From contig CAXXQS010000001.1 of the NCBI GenBank assembly GCA_963674735.2, positions 2,240,001 through 2,304,000 of the forward strand: a stretch of 64,000 nt of DNA, given 5' to 3'. Each line of letters opens with the position of its first letter. The stretch's first letter is position 1. The notes under the pieces are model-generated. The model saw only the letters and a list, made by a program, of their open reading frames with translations. It had not been told where the DNA came from and did not search any database. Position numbers and translations under genes: made by a program. The DNA is from Myxococcota bacterium. GTDB taxonomy: Bacteria; Myxococcota_A; SURF-8. Below are positions 20,122 through 29,329 of this stretch, one piece after another.

Positions 20122-20727
20122 TTAGAAGTAGTAGTGGAAGCCCAAACCACCGAGGAAGTTGTCCCCGCTGATACCGGCGGCAAAACCGTTCTGCAAACGC
20201 ATGGTCAAACCGAATTCCGCAACAAAAGCGAAGTTCTCTGTTAAGAATACTTCCGGCGTGAAACCGGCGGAAACGGCGAAACCGAGATTGGAATTGTAAG
20301 CGCCTTCCGGGCGTCGCAAGGTGGTGCTTTCCTTGCGCATATGCAGATTGAGGAAAACGCCCATATTGGCGTCCTCGCCTTTGGCGAAGTTGTAGATACC
20401 CTTGACATCCAACGCGAAGGCCCAAAATCCCTGGTCATCGTCGTACACGCCCTCGGTGGCCGAATCGCTGGCATAAGCCACACCCAGCACCCCGGCAATT
20501 CCCCAGTCGTTGGTGATCCAATATTTGAACGACATCCCGAATTTGGGTGCATTCATGGAATTCGGTGTGGAGGGTATGTCCCCAATCCCCAAAGTGGCTG
20601 CGGTCAAGGTATTGTCGAGCCCCAACCCGAAACGTCCCGCCACGTCTTTGGCTTCCGCCGACGCTCCGAGCAACAACACCGAAACAAATACGACCGATAA
20701 GGCAAGCTGTTGAAACCGTTTCACCAT
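20122..20727 (-). CDS. Small outer-membrane beta-barrel protein
   Basis: Signal peptide (AEA-K), alternating beta strands, C-terminal beta-signal GLGFHYYF; RBS GAGG before ATG 20727. Confidence 0.72.
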   Translation of the reverse strand: MVKRFQQLALSVVFVSVLLLGASAEAKDVAGRFGLGLDNTLTAATLGIGDIPSTPNSMNAPKFGMSFKYWITNDWGIAGVLGVAYASDSATEGVYDDDQGFWAFALDVKGIYNFAKGEDANMGVFLNLHMRKESTTLRRPEGAYNSNLGFAVSAGFTPEVFLTENFAFVAEFGLTMRLQNGFAAGISGDNFLGGLGFHYYF

Positions 20728-20862
20728 TTTGACCTCAGACATCAAGAATCGACATTTCCTATTCGGAGGCGGACTATAGCCCAGAGCCGGAGGGAAGTAA
20801 AGCCTTTTCATCCGACTTCAAAATCCGCGGAATCCGGTTCAAATCACCGCAAAACAGCCGCA

Positions 20863-22815
20863 TCACACGCTGTTTTCGACTTCGTCATCTTCCAATCGTG
20901 GTAAACCGATACAAAAATGGGCACCCGCCTCGTCATCCGCAACGAAAACCAAACGCCCGCCCATCTGCATCACCGCTTGCTGCGACGTGGCCAGTCCCAA
21001 CCCGGTTCCCTGAGACTTGGTCGAGAAAAACGGCTCGAAGATTTTCTGGCGCAGATCGGCCGAAACACCCGGTCCGTTATCGAAAACATGAATTTCGCAT
21101 TCGTCTCCAGCGATTGACGTGCGCAAATCGATACGTCCCCCGCTCGGAGTGGCATCGATGGCATTCTTGATCAGGTTATGGATAACCCGCACGATCTGGT
21201 TTTCATCGACCCGCACCCGTACGGGTCGCTCCTCCAATTCCACATTGCAGGAAAGAGAGCGCTTTTCCATCTCCGCTCGGTAAAACTCGACCAAATGTTG
21301 CACCACGCGGTTGAGGTCCAGAACCTCCGGTTTAGCTTCCGGCATACGGGCGAATTTCAGGTAGTTTTCGGTAATCGAGTGCAGTCGGTCTATTTCGCGG
21401 CTGATAGATGACAACATCGGCCGTAATTCGGCGGGATCGGAAGTGGCCACACTCAATTCATCTTCCAACATCTCGGCATTGAGGGAAATCGAGGAAAGCG
21501 GGTTACGGATTTCGTGCGCAATCTTGGCCGACACGCGCCCGATGGCCGCCATCCGCTCCGACTGCAACAGACTCTCGCGCATGCGCAGTTCATCCGTTAC
21601 ATCTTCTCCGAGAATCAACAAACCACGGACTTCGTTCTCCTCGATGAATGGAACGACACTGAACGTGACGCTTCGTAGTTGTTCATCCGAACGCCGCACT
21701 TTCAGAGCTTCACGTACAACGGTCACTTTCTGTTCGAGAACCCGTCCAAAGGGAATTGCATCGCCCAAACGGGCTTCGGCCAAGGGCAAATCCGCAACCG
21801 GCTCCCCGATCATGTGCTCGACGGCCTCACCCCACAGACGAGCGGCCGCCGGGTTGAGCGTCGTCAGCCGCTGGTGAACATCCGCCACCAGAACCGGCAT
21901 CTCCAAGTTGCGGATAATATTCTCGTAATGCAGTTTCAGCGTCCCCAGTTCCACATTCGACACTTCCAGTTTGCGCGTCTGTTCGGTCAACGCGCGATCA
22001 CGCTGGATCAGCGAGCGCCGCATTTTCTCGAATTCTCCGGCAAGCTGGCCCAATTCATCGCTGGATGTCACGGTGAGCCCGTATCGGTACTCTCCTTCAC
22101 CGATCCGTTGAGCGGCCTCGGTGAGCCGCCTGAGCGGTTTCAGCAGAAAGGCCGAGACTATGGTGAGCATGATAGCGGCGATGAGTGCTGCGATAGACAA
22201 CAAGATACCCGCCCACGAGGCCCGATCGCCCTGAGCCTCGGCACGCTTGACGATACGGCTGATTTCATTATCCATTTTCATGGTCAACACTTTTGCCGCA
22301 CGTTCCAGCTTGACCTGCAAGTGCTTATGCTCGTTCAATTCTTTGTGGGCCGTATTGACCTCGGAGGTATTCAACTTTTCGAAAAGTGCGGAAACAGCAG
22401 CCTGATACTGCTTTTGAAGGTCTCCAAGTGCCACGAGTTGCTGGCGCATGTCCCCATAAAAAGCCTGGGTTTGCTCGTCCTGTGTCACGAGGAGCATTTT
22501 CTTGCAATGAGCCACGCCCTGGGCGATATTTTGTCGGACAAGTCTTGGAAAATACTGGGAAACAAAGGTCGCCATCGCGTTTCGAATAGAAGCTTCTTCC
22601 ACCTCCACCAGTCGATTGATGTCCGTTTGCTGATTTTTCAGAGCCGAATCGGTTTGCGCGATGATTTTTGAAAACGGTAAGTATCCGATATTCAAGTCAT
22701 AAAACGCACGAGTGCTGGTTGAAAGATGGCGGATCTGGTAATAGCTCACCCCGGCGAATATCGCAATCACCAAGGCAAAAAGGAGGACGATTTTCGTCAG
22801 AATCGAGACCCGCAT
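20863..22815 (-). CDS. Membrane sensor histidine kinase (periplasmic helical bundle, HAMP, PAS, HisKA, HATPase)
   Basis: Two TM helices, KPLRRL...DELGQLA HAMP, AHEIRNPL, NLIKNAIDA, DNGPG, FEPFFSTK, GTGLGL. Confidence 0.92.
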   Translation of the reverse strand: MRVSILTKIVLLFALVIAIFAGVSYYQIRHLSTSTRAFYDLNIGYLPFSKIIAQTDSALKNQQTDINRLVEVEEASIRNAMATFVSQYFPRLVRQNIAQGVAHCKKMLLVTQDEQTQAFYGDMRQQLVALGDLQKQYQAAVSALFEKLNTSEVNTAHKELNEHKHLQVKLERAAKVLTMKMDNEISRIVKRAEAQGDRASWAGILLSIAALIAAIMLTIVSAFLLKPLRRLTEAAQRIGEGEYRYGLTVTSSDELGQLAGEFEKMRRSLIQRDRALTEQTRKLEVSNVELGTLKLHYENIIRNLEMPVLVADVHQRLTTLNPAAARLWGEAVEHMIGEPVADLPLAEARLGDAIPFGRVLEQKVTVVREALKVRRSDEQLRSVTFSVVPFIEENEVRGLLILGEDVTDELRMRESLLQSERMAAIGRVSAKIAHEIRNPLSSISLNAEMLEDELSVATSDPAELRPMLSSISREIDRLHSITENYLKFARMPEAKPEVLDLNRVVQHLVEFYRAEMEKRSLSCNVELEERPVRVRVDENQIVRVIHNLIKNAIDATPSGGRIDLRTSIAGDECEIHVFDNGPGVSADLRQKIFEPFFSTKSQGTGLGLATSQQAVMQMGGRLVFVADDEAGAHFCIGLPRLEDDEVENSV

Positions 22816-22933
22816 ATAGCTTCCTGTCGTCTGAATTCGGAATCGCAGGAACATTAGCAAAACCCACGCCGATTGGCAAGCATTGAGCGAAAGTCCGAAA
22901 GCAACTGTATCCTTTAGCGAAACGGAAAATAAA

Positions 22934-22962
22934 TTGACTCGTTACGGCATTTATGATAGTTT
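22934..22962 (+). promoter_or_regulatory. Sigma70-like promoter for the PEGA-kelch genes
   Basis: TTGACT-N17-TAGTTT with TG extended -10. Confidence 0.4.
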
Positions 22963-23107
22963 CCAGGCTTGATTTTCACCATCGCCTCGGAACACCCGAA
23001 GTGCTTGAAGAAATTAGAGATTTTCGAAGCCACAGCCCTCGCATACCTAGTGGTTCGGTTTGGGTGACGTCCTTGATCGAGATGTCTTGGATCAGGAGAA
23101 AGTAAGA

Positions 23108-24652
23108 ATGAAATCGATTCGAACGTGTGGGATTGGTACCCGAGTTTTAGTGTATGCCCTGGTGATTTCCGTCACGCTGCTTTACATGCCCGTGGCCGAG
23201 CTTTCCATGGCGCATGCCGCGAAAAGCAAACCAAGCGTGTATGTCTTCAGTTTCACGCCTGATGGAGACAAAACGCCTCTTGCTTTGCTGGGCATGACCG
23301 AAACGCAGCTCAAGAGCGGTTTCAAGAAAGAGAGCCGCATCACCTACATCAGCCCCAAGCAGGCGCGCGCCAAACTCAAAACGAGCAAAAAGCGCAAGCC
23401 GGCGACCAAAGGCATCGAGGGTGACGCGAAATACGCCAAGCGCGTTGCGAAATATGTCGACCGCGCCAAAGAGGCATACACCGACGAAGATTTCGACGGC
23501 ATGATGAAATATGCCAGCCGTGCTGTGAAGTACGCGAAGCGCTCCCCCAATCATCTGGACGGATTCGACATCGTGAAGGATGCCTACACCTATCTGGCGG
23601 CAGCCGAAGTCGAAACCGAAGGCGACCCGAATCCGGCGTTACTCAACGTGCTGGCCTTCGATCCCGATTTTTCTCCGAAAGGTGAGTTGCGCTACTCCTT
23701 GAAACGCGCCCTGCGACAGGCTAAAAAAGCTTCCCGCAGTGGATCACTGGCAATCAAAGCCGACCCCAAAGACGCGAAAATCCTGGTGAATGGTAAAAGC
23801 TACACCGGCCAAGCCGATCTCGGCAGCCTCTACGCAGGCTCCTATTTCGTTCGCGTCGAAGCTGCCGGTTTCGAGACCTACGACAACGTGGTCAAGATCG
23901 ATCGCGGTAGCGAAAGCCTGGAAGTCGTATTGGGTAGCAAGGGCGGTCAGGCTCCCGCCGAAGACGACGGCGTGGACAAGATGGCCGTCTACAAAAACCT
24001 GAACAAAAAGGCACGTAAGGGCGACTTCGATGAGAAGTGGTACCGAGACGCCGCCAAATTCGGTAAATGGATCAAAGCCGATTACTTGGTTCTGGCCGGT
24101 TTCCAAAGCCGCAAACGCTCATCGCGCCTCTACCCGGTGGTCTTCAATGTGCGCTCCGGCGAAATGGGGGAGATCGAACCGGTCCGCATGGGCAACGACC
24201 TGGATGACGCCGAAGATAAAATGGGTGTCGCCTTTGCCGACACCCGAGACGCCATCCTGGGTGATTTCCCCGAGGAAACCCTCGCTCCGGGATTCATTTT
24301 CGGTGCCGCCGCAGTTGCCGCAGCCCCCGCTCCGGCCCCCGAGCCCGTGTACGAGCCGGAGCCGGAACCCGAGCCTGAACCCGAACTTTTCGTCGCCCCG
24401 GTGACGCCCGTTTCCGAAACCCTCGACCTGGATGTGGATGACAGCATTTACTTCTCGGAAGAAGATGAGACAATGGGGCAAGAAGACGCCGAAGGTGAAG
24501 AATCCTTCGAACCGGTCGAAAAAACACCGTTCTACAAGCAATGGTGGTTCTGGACCGCAATCGGTGTCGTCGTTGTTGGCGGCGCTGTTGGAACGGCGAT
24601 CGCGCTTCAGCCGGAAGACAAAGATCGACCCTCGCGGCTCGAACTTCCGTAG
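23108..24652 (+). CDS. PEGA domain-containing exported protein with a C-terminal membrane anchor
   Basis: Signal peptide (AHA-A); GSLAIKADPKDAKILVNG...GSYFVRVEAAGF PEGA; Pro-Glu linker; PFYKQWWFW followed by a TM helix; RBS AGGAG. Confidence 0.82.
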   Translation: MKSIRTCGIGTRVLVYALVISVTLLYMPVAELSMAHAAKSKPSVYVFSFTPDGDKTPLALLGMTETQLKSGFKKESRITYISPKQARAKLKTSKKRKPATKGIEGDAKYAKRVAKYVDRAKEAYTDEDFDGMMKYASRAVKYAKRSPNHLDGFDIVKDAYTYLAAAEVETEGDPNPALLNVLAFDPDFSPKGELRYSLKRALRQAKKASRSGSLAIKADPKDAKILVNGKSYTGQADLGSLYAGSYFVRVEAAGFETYDNVVKIDRGSESLEVVLGSKGGQAPAEDDGVDKMAVYKNLNKKARKGDFDEKWYRDAAKFGKWIKADYLVLAGFQSRKRSSRLYPVVFNVRSGEMGEIEPVRMGNDLDDAEDKMGVAFADTRDAILGDFPEETLAPGFIFGAAAVAAAPAPAPEPVYEPEPEPEPEPELFVAPVTPVSETLDLDVDDSIYFSEEDETMGQEDAEGEESFEPVEKTPFYKQWWFWTAIGVVVVGGAVGTAIALQPEDKDRPSRLELP

Positions 24653-24704
24653 TAACCGCGTGCAGAAATAATTTACTCCGATGGACTGCAAGGAGAGAAG
24701 TCAG

Positions 24705-26630
24705 ATGCAGAAACGTACGATCCTTAACAGGATTTTCATGGTGCTGCTGATTGCGACCGTCGTGATGCTGTTGGCCTGTGAAGGCACGCCCGACCGCTCG
24801 CTAACAATCAAGACCTACGCGCCATTCAATCAAAACAATGAATCGTCCTCGCCGGTGATGCAGAATGTCACCTGGGTGCGCGTCGGCGTATTTGAGAAAG
24901 TGGGCGACGACTACCGCAATACGGCGCTGTACGAGTTTACCGACTTGACCGAAGACCTGGATCTGGAAGACCTGCCGGCTTCCGAAACCATCCCCTACAC
25001 CTATGTGATCGAGGGTTTCGGCGCGAACAGCGTTTCGGCTACCATCACCTGCGATTCATGCCCGAGCACGGCTTGGAGTTGCCAGACCGATCCCGTTCAG
25101 CGCCTCGATTTCTGCACGCGCACGATGGAAGACGCTGTTGTCGCACGCGGAGTATCGGGTCCGACGCTTTACACCGGCGACGACAGCGCGGAAGTCGACG
25201 TGATGCTCAGCCTGGTCCAAGACTTCGCGGTTGCGACTGTTCCCGAAGGCGATCCGGCGACGATGGTTGCCGCCCGTCATGGCCATGGCGCCATCGCAAC
25301 ACCGGACGGAAAAGTTCTATTGATCGGCGGTGAGTCGACGCTGGCTTCTTCCACCTATCCGCCCAACGCCGAAGTATTCGATCCTGCGACCAGCACCTTC
25401 AGTGAAATTCAAGCCACGGGCTTCAACAGCGGTCGCGCGTATTTCTCGATGACCCCGCTGCCTACCGCCGAATCGGATGACGGAACCGTCACGACGGCAA
25501 GCTTCCTGATGATCGGCGGCCAGGATGCCGGTGGAGCCAAGTCGGAAATCTACATCGGCACCTACGACGTCACCGGCCCCAGCCTGACACTTTCGCAGGT
25601 AACCGCTCCGGCCGGTTGGCAGCCTATCTCTCACCACTCCGCCACCGTCATGAACGATGGCAAGGTGCTGATCGTCGGCGGGCAGACCACCGGCAACAGC
25701 CCCATCAATAATGCCTGGATCTTCGATCCCGCCACACGCACCGTCGCGGCGACCGGCGCTCTTTCACGCGCGCGTTACCGCCACTCCGCGACCCTGATGC
25801 CCAACGGAAACGTCGTGGTCGTCGGTGGTCTGGTTTTCGAAGGAAACGAATACGTCACCACGTCCTGGGTGGAAGTTTACAAGGCCGATACGGGCATTTT
25901 CGAACGCCCCGATTACGGAGAAGAAGACGGCAGCGATGCCGAAGCGCTGACCAGCCGTGCGGGTCATGTAGCCGTTCTGGTGGCCAATCGTCAGGCCGAC
26001 GGCAGCGTAGCCGAAGTCGATTACGACTCGGCGCGTGTAGCGATCTACGGCGGCTACCGCTACGAAGATCAAGATTTCAACAGTGGCTTCTACTACTACA
26101 ACATGCCGCCGGGTCAAAGCACCGAGAACGTTCAGCCGATCAACGTGCTGTTCATCGATTCCGACGGCAAGGTCGAAATCACGCCGATCACCCCGAACCC
26201 GGGTTACGTCGCAGCGATGACCCAGGGCGCTTCGCCCATGCCGCATCCCGCGGTGGACAGCCAAGTGCTGCCCCTGGGTGACTCGGGCGACACCGTACTG
26301 CTAGTCGGTGGCCGTGCCAACAACAATAATGAGCCGTCCCGCTGGGCGGAGGTCGTCAAATTCGCCGGAGGCGAAGGCGGCTATTCGTTGAGCAGTTTCG
26401 AATTCGGTCCGGCCGACGAAGACGTGGTCAACACGCCTTTCCGTGCCGCCGTTTTGGGAACCGGTCGTTTCGACCACACCGTCACGTTGATGAGCAACGG
26501 CATGGTTCTGGTTGCGGGTGGCCGTACCTTCCGCAACAACCAAACGCTGTCCCTTTCCACGGCGGAGATCTTCGTACCGCCCACCTACAACCGCTGGGGC
26601 AACGTGTTTAAAGTCGTGTCCGACTTCTAA
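24705..26630 (+). CDS. Kelch-repeat (galactose oxidase-like beta-propeller) lipoprotein
   Basis: Lipobox LLAC; repeated R..H.AT...G.VL..GG...E.FDP units. Confidence 0.85.
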   Translation: MQKRTILNRIFMVLLIATVVMLLACEGTPDRSLTIKTYAPFNQNNESSSPVMQNVTWVRVGVFEKVGDDYRNTALYEFTDLTEDLDLEDLPASETIPYTYVIEGFGANSVSATITCDSCPSTAWSCQTDPVQRLDFCTRTMEDAVVARGVSGPTLYTGDDSAEVDVMLSLVQDFAVATVPEGDPATMVAARHGHGAIATPDGKVLLIGGESTLASSTYPPNAEVFDPATSTFSEIQATGFNSGRAYFSMTPLPTAESDDGTVTTASFLMIGGQDAGGAKSEIYIGTYDVTGPSLTLSQVTAPAGWQPISHHSATVMNDGKVLIVGGQTTGNSPINNAWIFDPATRTVAATGALSRARYRHSATLMPNGNVVVVGGLVFEGNEYVTTSWVEVYKADTGIFERPDYGEEDGSDAEALTSRAGHVAVLVANRQADGSVAEVDYDSARVAIYGGYRYEDQDFNSGFYYYNMPPGQSTENVQPINVLFIDSDGKVEITPITPNPGYVAAMTQGASPMPHPAVDSQVLPLGDSGDTVLLVGGRANNNNEPSRWAEVVKFAGGEGGYSLSSFEFGPADEDVVNTPFRAAVLGTGRFDHTVTLMSNGMVLVAGGRTFRNNQTLSLSTAEIFVPPTYNRWGNVFKVVSDF

Positions 26631-26651
26631 GCCGTCTCGAATCGTTCTTTC

Positions 26652-26687
26652 AGAGGTAAACAGGTCAATCTGTTTACCTCTTTTTTT
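26652..26687 (+). terminator. Rho-independent terminator
   Basis: AGAGGTAAACAG-GTCAAT-CTGTTTACCTCT followed by a T run. Confidence 0.88.
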
Positions 26688-26707
26688 GTCTGCGAAAAGG
26701 AGTCGCG

Positions 26708-27592
26708 ATGCCGTTCCCACTCGCTATGCCCGCCGTGCAAAACATGGCTCGACATATCCGCAAAGACGTGCTGGTCCAAACACATCATGCCCGTTCCGGT
26801 CATCCCGGCGGACCGCTATCGGCAGCGGATTACCTCACCCTGCTCTTTTTTCGACACCTGAACATCAAGCCGGAGCAGCCCGACTGGCCGGAGCGCGATC
26901 GGTTTATTTTGTCCAACGGCCACTGCTCGGCTCTGATCTACGCTCTGTTGGCCCGCCGCGGCTTCTTCCCCTTGTCCGACTTGCTCACTTTCCGTTCGAC
27001 CGGATCGCAGCTTCAGGGACATCCGAATCGGCTCAAAGTCCCCGGACTCGACGCTTCGACCGGGTCGCTGGGCCAAGGGTTGGCCGTCGGGCACGGAATG
27101 GCTCTCGGCCTGCGGTTGGATGGTCTGAACGACGCCCGCGTCTACGTCAACCTGGGCGACGGCGAGTTGCAGGAAGGTTGCGTGTGGGAGGCCGTCATGG
27201 CAGCGGGGCATTATCGTTCCGATAACCTGATCGCCATGGTGGATGATAACAACGCTCAAATCGATGGACGCGTGGAAGATGTCATGGGCGTTGCACCACT
27301 GGCCGATAAGTTCCACGCCTTTCGCTGGCATGTCATCGAAACGGACGGCCACGACCTGGAAGGCATCGAGCAGGCTTTCCGTGAGGCAAAAGAAACGAGC
27401 GGTAAACCGACGGTGATCCTCTTTCGTACCCGCATGATGCACGGCGTACCGTCTTTTGAAGACGATCCGGCCTGGCATGGCAAGCCACCCAATCGGGATG
27501 AATTGCAAATCGCTCTGCACGAACTCGGATTCAACCTCAGCCCCGAACAGGCTGTCGATCAATACCGCAGGGGGGAGGCCGAACATGTTTGA
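26708..27592 (+). CDS. Transketolase, N-terminal (ThDP-binding) subunit
   Basis: SGHPGGPLS, RDRFILSNGH, LQGHP, TGSLGQG, GDGELQEG..WEA, WHGK. Confidence 0.95.
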   Translation: MPFPLAMPAVQNMARHIRKDVLVQTHHARSGHPGGPLSAADYLTLLFFRHLNIKPEQPDWPERDRFILSNGHCSALIYALLARRGFFPLSDLLTFRSTGSQLQGHPNRLKVPGLDASTGSLGQGLAVGHGMALGLRLDGLNDARVYVNLGDGELQEGCVWEAVMAAGHYRSDNLIAMVDDNNAQIDGRVEDVMGVAPLADKFHAFRWHVIETDGHDLEGIEQAFREAKETSGKPTVILFRTRMMHGVPSFEDDPAWHGKPPNRDELQIALHELGFNLSPEQAVDQYRRGEAEHV

Positions 27593-28532
27593 TCGCTGGG
27601 AAAGCAAGCTTACCCGCCAAGCTTATGCGGATGCCTTGGTGGAACTCGGAAACGAAGATAACCGGGTGGTCGTCTTCGATGCCGATCTGGCGGCCTCTAC
27701 CCTGACCCGCCAATTCGCCCAGGCTCACCCCGACCGTTTCTTCGATATGGGGATCGCCGAGCAAGGCATGGTCGGGACCGCCGCCGGTCTGGCGCTGATG
27801 GGTTTTCGACCCTTCATCACCTCCTACGCCATGTTCGTGGCCGGACGTGGTTGGGAACTGATCCGGCAGCAATGCAGTTACGGAGAAGCGGGCGTCGTCA
27901 TTGTCGGTGCTCACGGCGGCATCTCCGTCGGCAAGGATGGCCCGACCCACCAAAGCACCGAAGATCTGGCCCTGATGCGGGTTCTTCCCAATTTGTCGGT
28001 GGTGGTTCCCTGCGATTACTGGGAAACCTTCAAGGTGGTCAAATATGCGGGACGAACCCGCGCCCCCTTCTACTTCCGTATCGGCCGTGAACCGGTTCCG
28101 TCCCTCACCAAACCCGACGATCCATGGGAGCTTGGACGCGCAAACACCTTGGCGGAGGGCACCGATATCACCCTGATCGCCTGTGGGCTGGCCGTGGCCA
28201 TTGCGCTTGAGGCCCGCGATCAGTTAGGACAAGAAGGAATCTCGGCGCGTGTACTCAACATGCACACACTCAAACCTTTGGACCGTAGCGCGATTGCCGC
28301 GGCGCAACACGACACCCGGGCAATCGTCACAATCGAGGAACATTCGGTGATCGGTGGTTTGGGTTCGGCGGTGGCGGAAGTCGTAGCTCAATCCGAGAAT
28401 CCGGTGCCGCTACGCATCGTGGGCGTGCAGGACCGCTTTCTCGAATCCGGTCCCCCTGAAGATTTGCTTGAAATCGCCGGACTCACGGCCCGGCACGTGG
28501 CCTCGACAGTCAGAAACTTGATTGAGGCTTGA
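27585..28532 (+). CDS. Transketolase, C-terminal (pyrimidine-binding) subunit
   Basis: DADLAAST, FFDMGIAEQ, GKDGPTHQ, EEHSVIGGLG; ATG 27585 overlaps the upstream stop and has RBS GGAGG. Confidence 0.95.
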   Translation: MFDRWESKLTRQAYADALVELGNEDNRVVVFDADLAASTLTRQFAQAHPDRFFDMGIAEQGMVGTAAGLALMGFRPFITSYAMFVAGRGWELIRQQCSYGEAGVVIVGAHGGISVGKDGPTHQSTEDLALMRVLPNLSVVVPCDYWETFKVVKYAGRTRAPFYFRIGREPVPSLTKPDDPWELGRANTLAEGTDITLIACGLAVAIALEARDQLGQEGISARVLNMHTLKPLDRSAIAAAQHDTRAIVTIEEHSVIGGLGSAVAEVVAQSENPVPLRIVGVQDRFLESGPPEDLLEIAGLTARHVASTVRNLIEA

Positions 28533-28544
28533 AACCGGGTCTGC

Positions 28545-29123
28545 CTAGCTTTTCATCATGCCTAGGTAATCGGCTACCGAATCTCGACACGCCATCAGGT
28601 ATTCGGATTTGCGCTCGGTTTTACTCATGAGCAGGCAGCCTTGCAACGTGGCCACGATCCAGCGCCCCGTTTTATCAGGCACCATATTCGGCCGAAAATA
28701 ACCCGATTGCATGCCGCTAAGCAATTGGCGATTCAAGCGGCTGCGCAGACCATCGAAGAAAACGGCGATACGCTGCCTGAGCGGCTCGTGATTGTTGGAC
28801 AGTTCCTGAGCCAGCGTACCCATAATGCAACCACCGCGATAATCGTTTTCCTGCATGTTTTCGATAAGAAGATTGAAAAATCCCACAATCGCACGAATGG
28901 GGTCGGTTTCCTCATCAAGCGGTTTGAAGTAGTGGAGGCTGTATTCTCTTTCCATATAATCGATAAGATGTAGAAGCAAATCCTCTTTGTTCTTGAAATG
29001 ATAATACAAGTTCGGTCTGGTCACTCCGATCTCCGCGGCTACATCTTCCAATCGGGTATTGGCATACCCGTTGACAAGCACAACCTTCGCCGCCTGCTGT
29101 AAAATGCGTTCCTTGGTTAGCAT
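28545..29123 (-). CDS. TetR/AcrR family transcriptional regulator
   Basis: TKERIL..A...GYANTRLEDVAAEIGVTRPNLYYHFKNKEDL; GGCIMG in the C-domain. Confidence 0.93.
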   Translation of the reverse strand: MLTKERILQQAAKVVLVNGYANTRLEDVAAEIGVTRPNLYYHFKNKEDLLLHLIDYMEREYSLHYFKPLDEETDPIRAIVGFFNLLIENMQENDYRGGCIMGTLAQELSNNHEPLRQRIAVFFDGLRSRLNRQLLSGMQSGYFRPNMVPDKTGRWIVATLQGCLLMSKTERKSEYLMACRDSVADYLGMMKS

Positions 29124-29261
29124 ACCGACCTCTCCTCCCATCCGGAGACGATGCTCACAAGTCGAAGCCTCATCTCCAAATACAACGATCCCTCCCCCCC
29201 CCGGGGCGGAACAATCCCGAATTCTTATTTATTTAGCCCAGTCTTTTCCTCGACAAAAGAT

Positions 29262-29289
29262 ATTGTAACAAAAGGAGAAAGTTTGTCAA
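29262..29289 (-). promoter_or_regulatory. Sigma70 promoter of the TetR gene
   Basis: Minus strand TTGACA-N16-TACAAT with TG extended -10. Confidence 0.6.
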
Positions 29290-29329
29290 CATCAAAGTAG
29301 AATTTCAGGTTTCCCGTTTATCCAAGCAT

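Noticed and set aside
22873-22890. Sigma54 promoter (TGGC with GG-N10-GC spacing)
   Set aside because: The -12 element is GAGC rather than TTGC; too weak.
24325-24385. Short tandem repeats (GAGCCG/GAACCC)
   Set aside because: They encode a Pro-Glu linker with synonymous variation; not a CRISPR or contingency locus.
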